Shown piece after piece: positions 7,736 through 15,819 of a DNA stretch of 55,643 bases. Position 1 is the first letter of the stretch. Every line of letters begins with the position of its first letter. The translations under genes and the position numbers were made by a program. Location of the stretch: the IMG/VR virus record IMGVR_UViG_3300030372_005607, positions 1 to 55,643 of that record; one strand, 5' to 3'. The notes beneath the pieces were generated by a model. That model had not been told where the DNA came from, did no database searches, and saw only the letters and a list, made by a program, of their open reading frames with translations. Source of the stretch: a virus (taxonomy: Duplodnaviria > Caudoviricetes).

Positions 7736-9484
7736 ATGGCAAGCAGTATTGAGCTTTTGGTGAGAGATGAATTCGGTGGCAAGACGGGGACAAGAAACTT
7801 CAACTGTCCATCCTGTTCTCCGGAAAGATCGCCACGGGGCGCACGCAAACGACCACTGACCGTCACGTTTGAGAAGGACGCGGCGGTGTTTTTTTGTCAT
7901 CACTGTGAGCAGAAGGGTCAGGTCAGACTGGCGGAAAAAAAGAGGACGTTGAAGAGGGTGCCTAACTATTCAAAAGTTGGCGAAAAAACAATTGACAGAA
8001 TCATGGCAAACCGATCAATCAACTTGCGTAATATGCCAGATTCGGTGATGGATTCGATTTGCCAGAGCGAGGATGTTTTCTTCACAGAACTCGGAGGTAA
8101 GTCACCAGCGATTGGCTTCCGTTACCCCGCCGACGACGCGATCAAGTGGCGATCCATGGAGGGCAAAAACTTCACCGCGTCTGGAGCCGCAAGATCTTTG
8201 TTTCCAGAGGGCCAAAGCATTGAAAAGGGTCAAACAGTACATTTGGTCGAGGGTGAATTCGATGCGCTTGCCCTCATTTCCTGCGGCATGGTTGCTTTTT
8301 CAACCCCGGCTGGCGCGAACATACCCGCCTCCGGGGAGTTGCCAGAATATTTGAAACCTCTAGTCAACGACCTTCGATCAGGAATCATTGAGGTTGTCAT
8401 TGCTGTTGATTCCGACGAGAGGGGTGTGAAATTTCGAGATAGCTTGGTGGACCACATCGGCAGGGAACGAGTGAGTTTCATCGATTGGTCAGAGTTTGGC
8501 GTCAAGGACGCTAATGAGCTTTTGGTCAAATCAGGCAGTGAATCCCTTGCCGATGCAGTTGTTTCGGGAGCGAGACCGGTTCTGTTTGAGGGCATTGTCA
8601 GCCCTCGGCAGGTGGCGAGTTCAATTGATCAGATTCGCACTGGAGGATTTCGACAGGGCACTGGGATCGGCATCCCCTCACTCGACAGGTTGATGACCAT
8701 TTGCTCTGACCAGATTTCAGTTGTCACCGGAGTTCCAGGCTCTGGAAAAAGCGAACTGATCGATGCATTCATGGTCAGGCTTGCTGAGAAGGATGATTGG
8801 AAATTCGCAATTTTTTCTGCTGAAAATCCCATCGACATCCATGTCGGCAAGCTGGCAGAAAAATTCATTGGCGCTCCAGTCTTTGAGGGTGAAAACCGGA
8901 TGTCGCGAGGCCAGATGGCTCGTGCTTCTGCGTGGCTCGACGATCATTTCTTTTTTCTCGATGCGTCTTCCAACAACAGCCTGAAGAGCATTTTGGACAG
9001 GACTGCCGTCCTTGTCGAACATCGTCAGGTCAACGGTTTGCTGATTGACCCCTTCAATTACACCGACGTTTCCCTCGACACGGACAGCATCTCGACGATG
9101 CTTACAGAACTGCATGCCTTTGCCTTGAAATTTCACATCCACATCTGGATTGTGGCTCATCCGCAAAAAATGTACCGCCAGGAGGGTGGTCGCATGCCCA
9201 CTCCAACGGGAATGGACATCTCTGGTTCGGCCGCTTGGTTTGCCAAGGCTGATTTCGGTCTGACAGTCGAGAGAACCGATGACGATGAGACCAAGGTGAT
9301 CGTTTGGAAATGCCGATTCAAATGGCTTGGGGACCTTGGAACCGCCTACCTGAGGTACGATTCCAACTCTGGAAGATTTGAGGAAGGAAGCAGTGCCGAA
9401 AAAATCGCGGAAACGATTGAAAATGTGACAGTGAGTGGTGAATCTGATGGCATCAAAAAAGAATCGTTCTCGTTTGATTTTTGA
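7736..9484 (+). CDS. Primase-helicase (T7 gp4/Twinkle type)
   Basis: CPSC/CHHC zinc finger; TOPRIM VEGEFD, DSD, KDANE; Walker A GVPGSGKS; IDP, VAHP, DISGSA SF4 motifs. Confidence 0.95.
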   Translation: MASSIELLVRDEFGGKTGTRNFNCPSCSPERSPRGARKRPLTVTFEKDAAVFFCHHCEQKGQVRLAEKKRTLKRVPNYSKVGEKTIDRIMANRSINLRNMPDSVMDSICQSEDVFFTELGGKSPAIGFRYPADDAIKWRSMEGKNFTASGAARSLFPEGQSIEKGQTVHLVEGEFDALALISCGMVAFSTPAGANIPASGELPEYLKPLVNDLRSGIIEVVIAVDSDERGVKFRDSLVDHIGRERVSFIDWSEFGVKDANELLVKSGSESLADAVVSGARPVLFEGIVSPRQVASSIDQIRTGGFRQGTGIGIPSLDRLMTICSDQISVVTGVPGSGKSELIDAFMVRLAEKDDWKFAIFSAENPIDIHVGKLAEKFIGAPVFEGENRMSRGQMARASAWLDDHFFFLDASSNNSLKSILDRTAVLVEHRQVNGLLIDPFNYTDVSLDTDSISTMLTELHAFALKFHIHIWIVAHPQKMYRQEGGRMPTPTGMDISGSAAWFAKADFGLTVERTDDDETKVIVWKCRFKWLGDLGTAYLRYDSNSGRFEEGSSAEKIAETIENVTVSGESDGIKKESFSFDF

Positions 9485-9941
9485 AAAGATAATCAACTGC
9501 GGCACTGAGGAATTACGGGAAAAGTTCCAAGTCGATTTTGAAAACATCGATATGAGAGGCGTTTTCAAACGCGCTCGTGTGATGGACCAAACAAAGATCG
9601 ACAAGTTGTTTCTAGACAAAGAGCTTAGTGCTCCGCAATACGGCGCCGCCGAAGAATACCTGTCTCTGCTCGTTAAGAGCGGAACCTTCCTGCGAAGTCC
9701 GGGCTTTGAGTCTGGCCCGGACTCCACAGGAAGGGACAAGGCCAAGTCAATGGCAGCAAGGATCATGGCCGTTTCCGGAGCTAGAAACAAACTCCGGAAA
9801 AGTTGCGGCAACGAGGTCTGCTACGTGGTTGACATGGCCATTGGGGGTGATGCAATCATCGACATTTCAATGCTGAGAATCGGACTCGATGCCCTTGCGG
9901 AATATTTTGGAACTCGTGGAATGTCCGACCCCAGGGGCTGA
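9435..9941 (+). CDS. Hypothetical protein, possible late-transcription regulator (start uncertain)
   Basis: Last gene of the replication operon; LSAPQYGAAEEY...LRIGLDALAEYFG. Confidence 0.55.
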   Translation: MVNLMASKKNRSRLIFEKIINCGTEELREKFQVDFENIDMRGVFKRARVMDQTKIDKLFLDKELSAPQYGAAEEYLSLLVKSGTFLRSPGFESGPDSTGRDKAKSMAARIMAVSGARNKLRKSCGNEVCYVVDMAIGGDAIIDISMLRIGLDALAEYFGTRGMSDPRG

Positions 9942-9946
9942 TGGTG

Positions 9947-11410
9947 TCAATACAGTCCTCGGTTGACGCCCATCTCGAAAGCCTCCCCTCCGATTCTCGT
10001 GCATTCTTTGTGGAATTCATCTGACAAATGGTTGTCAGCATTCTCGTGGGCCAGTTCATGAATAATTAGGTCGAGCATTTTTGAGTCTGGCTGGTCGAAC
10101 CATTTTCTGCCGAGCGTGTTCAGGTTGAAGTCCAGTGTTCCAATCGAATCGGGCGAATCGTGAATTTCGGATTTCGCGTAACATGCTAAATGGTTCCTGG
10201 CCCCGTATGTAATTCTGACATTGCAAGAGAACCCATGCGCTTGCATGGACAACTCTCTAGCGAGACCTGCCGCATGCTTCATCCCGCTATCCCATTCGCT
10301 CTCATCGAGCAACCTGACTTGGGGTGCATTGGGGTCGTCGGAATACGGAGATGGCGTTGAGAATTGGCTTTGTCCGGAAGGTTTGGTGGAAGAGAATCTT
10401 CTAGAGTTTTCCCACTGCTCCTTGGACAGTGACCTTCCTGCAATGACAGTTGCACCCGCATTGACAGCCCTTGAGTTTGCTTCCTTGTCTGACGGGTCGT
10501 ATGCCACCCTGTTGCGACCAAACCTTTGGTCAAGGAATGCGTTAAATGCCTCCTTATCCACCTCCCTGGACGAAGAAGCCTCCTGCGCCCAAGTGGCGTT
10601 CGCATCCTCGTGTGTAATTTCCCTGAACATTTCGTTTAAAACGATTACCCTGATCTTCCTAAGGAAGGAAGGGGGTACGTTGTCGCGATTCATGTTCATT
10701 GGAATTTTCTGACCGATGTCAATGTCGTACTTGTCGCCTGTTTCCACCACGGGTATTCCCATTTCGTATATCCTTGCCTTCCCTCCCCTTGGAACTTCGT
10801 AAATCGTTACATCTGCTCTGCGAACAGTTTTCTTCAGAACTCCCTCGAAGTCTGAGACCAATGTAGGCAGTCTGTGAGATGATGAGGACAGTGGTGTTCT
10901 TGAGTTCGTTTGAACTCCGTTCACAAAAACTGGAATGTCCGAAATAATGTTCATCAATTCCTGATTCACGATCTCCATCTCGTCTCGCTTCATCCGGATT
11001 GTTCCTGTGAATTTTGAACCAGCCTCAGTGCATTCCTTCGACTTGACCCTCTGGCCATCTTCGTTGAAGCAAATGGTTCCCTTGGTAGAGACGATCTTTG
11101 CGTCCTTGCACAGTGCCAGAACGAGCTTCTCTCCCAGGTTGAACCGACCCCTTTTGGTGGGATCAGCTTTCTTCTCGCTTTCTGCGAAAAGGGTGTAAGA
11201 ATGTGAAAGGTCGTTGAATCCATCGGGGTCATCGTCCTCAACTGTAATCTTCACAGATGGCGAGTTGGGAACTGGCTCCATTGTCACATGAACCGAGGTG
11301 GCCTCAGTGTCGAGAGCGTTCTGGACCAGTTCAAGGACTAGCTTTGCGTGTTGACCGTCTAGAATTTTGGACAGACCTTCTTTTGAAACATCGAACCATT
11401 GGCTTGCCAT
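9947..11410 (-). CDS. GHKL ATPase fused to a C-terminal zincin-like HExxH domain
   Basis: ELVQNALD, EDDDPDGF, GRFNLGEK, GSKF; C-terminal IIHELAH...HLSDEF; AGGAGG RBS. Confidence 0.85.
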   Translation of the reverse strand: MASQWFDVSKEGLSKILDGQHAKLVLELVQNALDTEATSVHVTMEPVPNSPSVKITVEDDDPDGFNDLSHSYTLFAESEKKADPTKRGRFNLGEKLVLALCKDAKIVSTKGTICFNEDGQRVKSKECTEAGSKFTGTIRMKRDEMEIVNQELMNIISDIPVFVNGVQTNSRTPLSSSSHRLPTLVSDFEGVLKKTVRRADVTIYEVPRGGKARIYEMGIPVVETGDKYDIDIGQKIPMNMNRDNVPPSFLRKIRVIVLNEMFREITHEDANATWAQEASSSREVDKEAFNAFLDQRFGRNRVAYDPSDKEANSRAVNAGATVIAGRSLSKEQWENSRRFSSTKPSGQSQFSTPSPYSDDPNAPQVRLLDESEWDSGMKHAAGLARELSMQAHGFSCNVRITYGARNHLACYAKSEIHDSPDSIGTLDFNLNTLGRKWFDQPDSKMLDLIIHELAHENADNHLSDEFHKECTRIGGEAFEMGVNRGLY

Positions 11411-11418
11411 GCTTCCTC

Positions 11419-11718
11419 CTATTTTACTGCCAGGAAAAGCATAATTGCTATTCCCGTTACGGCAGATGTTATCGCTGTCAGTGCAGCACCTATCAAGAGC
11501 AGGGACTTGAACAGAACCCCTGAGTTGCTAATTGTTTTATCATGATCGAAATCATCGCAATCTGGATTGCTTGCTCCTTTAGTTTCATCCTCGGTTGGGC
11601 ACTTAGCTCCATCACCAGGGATGACGACTAGGGCTTCGCTAATGTCCAATCCTTTAAATCGCTTTCTTCCGACGAGCCCGTCTCTTCGCAACATTTGTTC
11701 TCCTGTTTTTGATTTCAT
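11419..11718 (-). CDS. Membrane protein with C-terminal TM segment
   Basis: Long hydrophobic C-terminus; packed in the operon. Confidence 0.55.
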   Translation of the reverse strand: MKSKTGEQMLRRDGLVGRKRFKGLDISEALVVIPGDGAKCPTEDETKGASNPDCDDFDHDKTISNSGVLFKSLLLIGAALTAITSAVTGIAIMLFLAVK

Positions 11719-11914
11719 CGATCCCTATGTTGATTGCGTCTCGGAAGATATTCGTCATGGGGGTGCCCATCTGGTCAGCCAGTGAGGCAACCTCATCGTG
11801 GATCTCTTCTGATAGTAGGATCTTTACGTGCCAGGACTCGCCATTGTAGATGGGTCTTCGCCCCAGCTTCTTCTTGATTGTTTCCACTTTCTTCTCCATT
11901 AAATCATTTCCCAT
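11654..11914 (-). CDS. RHH-type DNA-binding protein
   Basis: GRRP...VKILLSEEIHDEVASLADQMGTPMTNIFRDAI. Confidence 0.65.
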   Translation of the reverse strand: MGNDLMEKKVETIKKKLGRRPIYNGESWHVKILLSEEIHDEVASLADQMGTPMTNIFRDAINIGIDEIKNRRTNVAKRRARRKKAI

Positions 11915-12260
11915 TAGTTAATGCTTTGTTGATTGCGTAATTTAAATTCCTAACAATTGATTCAAATTCTTCAAGCCTTGTCTTCTTCTTTGGTAGCTCC
12001 TCATCTTTGGTCCCGATCATAAATGCCTGGGCTCTTTGTGCGGCGTAGAGAATATCTGGGGCCGCACTCAATAATGAAAGAATTTCCATTCTCTCATTAT
12101 GCCTAAAGTTTTCCCCATTTTCGTTTCTTGATCCTTCAATGCAAGCTATCTTTGATTGTGCTCTTAGGGGAAGCCCGCTTTCTTTCTGTATGTTCCTTGT
12201 TACAACCCAGTTGCCTTCCTTGCACCAGTTTCCGTAATCGACGTTTGACTTATATTTCAT
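11904..12260 (-). CDS. Hypothetical protein
   Basis: LLSAAPDILYA motif, common in small phage early proteins. Confidence 0.7.
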   Translation of the reverse strand: MKYKSNVDYGNWCKEGNWVVTRNIQKESGLPLRAQSKIACIEGSRNENGENFRHNERMEILSLLSAAPDILYAAQRAQAFMIGTKDEELPKKKTRLEEFESIVRNLNYAINKALTNGK

Positions 12261-12276
12261 TCGCTTTCTCTTTCTT

Positions 12277-12567
12277 CTATGCGTCTGACTCTTTGACGCT
12301 TTTCAAGTCCCTGATAAAACAAAGTTCTTCGTATTCTTTGGTGATATAAACTGCTTGTTTCCTTTCTCCGTACTTTACGTAAAACGACTCGATGAACAGA
12401 TCACAATCTTCTTCTTCTTCAAGGAAGACACGTTCTCCATCCCTCTTGCTTTCCTTTGAGAATGAGAACGGTGACATGTTGACCATGCGAAGGTCATCCA
12501 GATCGACCTCAAGCCATTCAGACCAAGGGTCTTTGTGTATTGTGAAACCTCTAATATCAATTGACAC
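12277..12567 (-). CDS. Hypothetical acidic phage protein
   Basis: DPxxxWLEV...FLEEEEDC; GGGAGG RBS before GTG. Confidence 0.7.
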   Translation of the reverse strand: MSIDIRGFTIHKDPWSEWLEVDLDDLRMVNMSPFSFSKESKRDGERVFLEEEEDCDLFIESFYVKYGERKQAVYITKEYEELCFIRDLKSVKESDA

Positions 12568-12588
12568 GGAGTGTGCCTCCCTTACTCT
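12561..12588 (+). promoter_or_regulatory. Putative tRNA promoter
   Basis: TTGACA-16 nt-TACTCT, ~50 nt upstream of the tRNA. Confidence 0.5.
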
Positions 12589-12640
12589 CCCCCGAGCGAG
12601 GGAGGCATGTCGGAAACTTTCCGACCACTCCGAATCACGC

Positions 12641-12717
12641 GGACCCGTAGCTCAGTTGGTGAGAGCAACTGTCTTATAAGCAGTAGGTCGCGGGTTCAAG
12701 CCCCGCCGGGTCCACCA
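12641..12717 (+). tRNA. tRNA-Ile, anticodon UAU
   Basis: Acceptor GGACCCG/CGGGTCC, D arm GCTC/GAGC, anticodon arm ACTGT-CT TAT AA-GCAGT, T loop GGTTCAAG, discriminator A, encoded CCA. Confidence 0.95.
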
Positions 12718-13710
12718 CTATCGGCTAACAATATTCCTGAGCCTTTTGAAGGCACGATTCTTTAGCCTGTTTCCATCGCCCATGGTATTCGATTTCCACA
12801 TAGACTCAAGCTTCTTAACGGTTGCTTTAGACTGGTCCATTTGTTCCGCCTTGTGATCAAGCCAAGCGGTAACTGACTGGTAGGCTCCCCAGATTGTTTC
12901 CCCAGCGCCCTGATTGCCGAGGCCAAAGTATCTGTCAAGCTCTTCGATGTCGGCCGCCCTCTTTCCGTGGGTGACCTCCTGCCCATGCTTAGACTCCCGA
13001 ACAGACTTACCTCGGTGATCATCAAGAAGATTCTCTGAGAATGTTCTGAAGCTTTTTCTATCCATCTTGCAATGAGCCATGGACCGGTAGATTTCAAGAG
13101 TCGCAGAGACATTCTTTGACGACTCCTCTACTAGGCATTTTGCCATACTGAACCTTTCCTCAATGAACCGTCTGTGGTGAATACTGATAGCTCCCTTGCT
13201 CTGGTTCGCTAGTCCAGGGAGTTGATTGTTGCAAGCAATTCTACCTATGAAAGATAGGAGTTTGTTTGCGGATGCTGTTGTGTGATCTCCAAAAACCAGA
13301 AGCTTTGGAACAAGAACATCAACTCCCTCCTCTTGCATTATTGTTTCCTCTGGCATCGACATAGAGATCCATGCAGATCCGCCACCTGCGAGGATCCCAC
13401 ACTGGTCGAATGTCGCTCCGAAACTCGCTAGTGAATCACAGATAGAAAAAACCGACTTGTATTGCTGCAAACCGTAAGCACTTGTGGCAATGCCATATGG
13501 CGCTGACGTTTCCACATTCCTAATGATTGATCTGTTTTTAATTTTTCTGAAATGTCCGTCAACTTCCATAAAGCAATCTGTCTTTTCAACTTCGTAGCCA
13601 ATCTCGGGAACCATTTCGATCACGTCATCAACCGATAGCGCCTCCCCTACGTCATTGATAATTCCAGGGTACGTCCCTGTGGATCTTGAAATAACACTTG
13701 CGCGACTCAT
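12718..13710 (-). CDS. DUF932 (phage/plasmid-like) protein
   Basis: G.L.GG..AW, RIACNNQL, ISIHH, TIWGAYQSVTAWLDH, G...K..AF motifs. Confidence 0.85.
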   Translation of the reverse strand: MSRASVISRSTGTYPGIINDVGEALSVDDVIEMVPEIGYEVEKTDCFMEVDGHFRKIKNRSIIRNVETSAPYGIATSAYGLQQYKSVFSICDSLASFGATFDQCGILAGGGSAWISMSMPEETIMQEEGVDVLVPKLLVFGDHTTASANKLLSFIGRIACNNQLPGLANQSKGAISIHHRRFIEERFSMAKCLVEESSKNVSATLEIYRSMAHCKMDRKSFRTFSENLLDDHRGKSVRESKHGQEVTHGKRAADIEELDRYFGLGNQGAGETIWGAYQSVTAWLDHKAEQMDQSKATVKKLESMWKSNTMGDGNRLKNRAFKRLRNIVSR

Positions 13711-13723
13711 TCTTGCCTCCTCC

Positions 13724-13795
13724 TTATTGATAGGCCCTTGTCATCAGCCATATGATAAATCCGTAAAGAAAAATTATCTGTACGTTCATTCTCAT
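13724..13795 (-). CDS. Candidate 23-aa hydrophobic peptide
   Basis: MRMNVQIIFLYGFIIWLMTRAYQ fills the gap between two genes; GAGGA upstream. Confidence 0.45.
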   Translation of the reverse strand: MRMNVQIIFLYGFIIWLMTRAYQ

Positions 13796-13796
13796 T

Positions 13797-14021
13797 TTAA
13801 TCCTCGAATACCACGTTTTCTTCTTTGACCATTCTGTCAATTATCTTGTAGTAGATTTCATCACGATCTTTATTTGTCCATTCGGTTCCCAAACTGTCGA
13901 GTTCCATTTCGATTGTTTTTTTAAGCTTGCTGATCGAGATCGTCATAATGGAATTTCTTGAGTATGAGAATTTCTTTGATAGCCTCGGCCTTGAAAATCT
14001 TTGACGATATTTATTGGGCAT
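13797..14021 (-). CDS. Hypothetical protein
   Basis: Operon packing. Confidence 0.55.
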   Translation of the reverse strand: MPNKYRQRFSRPRLSKKFSYSRNSIMTISISKLKKTIEMELDSLGTEWTNKDRDEIYYKIIDRMVKEENVVFED

Positions 14022-14199
14022 TGTCGATGCCTTTCATGATTTCCCTAGCTCTCGTCTCTGACCTTTCGATCTCACGGTCAACTACTCTTGCGATTTTCAT
14101 AAAAGACTTCTGGATTTCTTCTCTGGATTTTGGATTAGTTCGATACTCATTGAGCATAAACGGGACAAGAAGCTCCCAACCACCTGCATTCGATTGCAT
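14011..14199 (-). CDS. Hypothetical protein (start moved to ATG 14199)
   Basis: AGGAGG RBS before MQSNAGGW. Confidence 0.65.
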   Translation of the reverse strand: MQSNAGGWELLVPFMLNEYRTNPKSREEIQKSFMKIARVVDREIERSETRAREIMKGIDNAQ

Positions 14200-14225
14200 T
14201 GCCGTCCTCCTTTTTTTCGTTTTTG

Positions 14226-14414
14226 TTAGTCTGTCTCGATCATAGACCGTCCGACGATGCGCCCGTTCTTGACAACGACGGTCAACGGTTTGTCGCTTGT
14301 CTTGAACCAATCAGCGGCAAAATCCCAAGCCTCCTCGCCTAACGAATCTACGGTGCAGTGCCATTCAACGTCGTCCCAATCCTGCTTTGTTATCTTGACG
14401 TGTTTCTTTTCCAT
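14226..14414 (-). CDS. Hypothetical protein
   Basis: AGGAGG RBS. Confidence 0.7.
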   Translation of the reverse strand: MEKKHVKITKQDWDDVEWHCTVDSLGEEAWDFAADWFKTSDKPLTVVVKNGRIVGRSMIETD

Positions 14415-14435
14415 CGTCCTTCCTCCTCACTTTCT

Positions 14436-14735
14436 TCACTCATCATTATCATCCTCCAAAGTGGGCCTAGTGTTTAACTCATTAACAACTACTTTTATTA
14501 ACGCATTCAGAGAATTAATTGTATTTTCAAGGCTTTGGATGTGATCTATAGTCCTGCGAATTAAAGGTTTTATTTCTGCATAATTTTCATTACCTCTGAG
14601 TCTTCTCAACTCGACCATAAAAACGGGTTTCTTATTCCATTTATCTAACTCCTTACGCATCACTTTTATTAGCGTCCTGGCGGTCGTGATATTTGATGCT
14701 TCTACTTCATATTCTTCACTCGTCTCTACTGTCAT
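14436..14735 (-). CDS. Hypothetical coiled-coil protein
   Basis: Operon packing, AT-rich. Confidence 0.65.
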   Translation of the reverse strand: MTVETSEEYEVEASNITTARTLIKVMRKELDKWNKKPVFMVELRRLRGNENYAEIKPLIRRTIDHIQSLENTINSLNALIKVVVNELNTRPTLEDDNDE

Positions 14736-14738
14736 GTT

Positions 14739-15116
14739 CTAGTCTCGCTCCTCTTTCCAAAACGCAATCGCAATTCTAACCGCGTCGTGGCCGTGGCCGT
14801 CAATGCCTCCCTTGATTTTAAAACGGGCGGCGAGTTCTCCCTTCTCCTCGTCGTTTTTGCACTCGAACACATATGATGAGTTTAGATCGTGACTGTGCCA
14901 ATCTTTAAAACTGGAGGGATCGTCTTCGTTTCGCTCCTCCTCGTAGCACCACGTTTCAAAACTCCCGTCTGTGGATTTAGCCTCATCCCTGTAGAATTTC
15001 AAAATCTCGTCCATGTCCTTGAAAGTCTGAGCTTCCGGCGGTGTCATGTGGGGGATGTCGATCAAAATTACGGTGTGCTCGGGTTCAATGAACCAGCTTG
15101 TTCTGTCGAGTCTCAT
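14739..15116 (-). CDS. Hypothetical acidic protein (start moved to ATG 15116)
   Basis: AGGAGGAG RBS before MRLDRTSW. Confidence 0.7.
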   Translation of the reverse strand: MRLDRTSWFIEPEHTVILIDIPHMTPPEAQTFKDMDEILKFYRDEAKSTDGSFETWCYEEERNEDDPSSFKDWHSHDLNSSYVFECKNDEEKGELAARFKIKGGIDGHGHDAVRIAIAFWKEERD

Positions 15117-15342
15117 TTTTCTTTTGCTCCTCCTTTTTAAAAAGTCAGCGCGAGCAACCTGCTCGCGAGTCCGATATGCTGCTATGTATTCTGAAAAATA
15201 TCCTCCTAAAAAAACCTGAAGAAATAATGGGAAACGAGCCCCACTGAGAAGATAAAAAAGAAAGTGATCGTCCACTCAACGGGAACGCTCATCATTCGCC
15301 TAGGCTGCTTGTTGATGATCCGGTCTAGATCTTTGAAATCTT

Positions 15343-15594
15343 TCACGACTGATCCTCCCTAATAATCTCACACTGCTCGACTTCAAAGCCTTCGATCTCA
15401 CTGTCATATGTTTTCCAATGCTCCCAATCGAAAGCATTGGGTTCACTATTAAACAAAGAGATCGCCTCGTCCTCCGTAGCCGCATCGACATGCACAACGC
15501 AGGACTTCCACTCCTTGCTCTTAATGTCCAGCCTGAGTTCATACTTATTCATTTTCATACCCCTCCAATAGACAGTTGAACTTGTCCTGCTCAT
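15343..15594 (-). CDS. Small acidic hypothetical protein (likely start MKMNKY near 15558)
   Basis: GGAGGGG upstream of the internal ATG; VDAATEDEA motif. Confidence 0.65.
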   Translation of the reverse strand: MSRTSSTVYWRGMKMNKYELRLDIKSKEWKSCVVHVDAATEDEAISLFNSEPNAFDWEHWKTYDSEIEGFEVEQCEIIREDQS

Positions 15595-15646
15595 GCAACA
15601 ATTACGGCGACTGTCGTGATCGCTTCACACATCGGCGTCAACCTCC

Positions 15647-15805
15647 TTATATTTCTGAGAAAATCTTATCTTCGTATGCCTGCTCAACCTTTGCCGAATC
15701 AAAATCATCATAATCGTCAAAAGGTTCATCGAAGTCGTCATGATCTACTGAGATTTCTTCTTCTAGTTCTTTGGGGTCCATTCCGTCCGGTAAATTTCGG
15801 TTCAT
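15647..15805 (-). CDS. 52-aa highly acidic protein (not in ORF track)
   Basis: GGGAGG RBS; MNRNLPDGMDPKELEEEISVDHDDFDEPFDDYDDFDSAKVEQAYEDKIFSEI; 20 D/E vs 4 K/R. Confidence 0.75.
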   Translation of the reverse strand: MNRNLPDGMDPKELEEEISVDHDDFDEPFDDYDDFDSAKVEQAYEDKIFSEI

Positions 15806-15819
15806 TTTTCCTCCCTTAA

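Noticed and set aside
7459-7866. 135-aa minus-strand ORF
   Set aside because: Overlaps the primase start, promoters and terminator; no protein-like features
8717-9811. 364-aa minus-strand ORF
   Set aside because: Antisense shadow of the helicase and next gene; no recognisable motifs
12641-12717. tRNA as attP or prophage boundary
   Set aside because: No integrase, no duplicated tRNA 3' end, no flanking host genes
15591-15632. 13-codon minigene MCEAITTVAVIVA after AAGGAGG
   Set aside because: Too short to support without conservation or ribosome data
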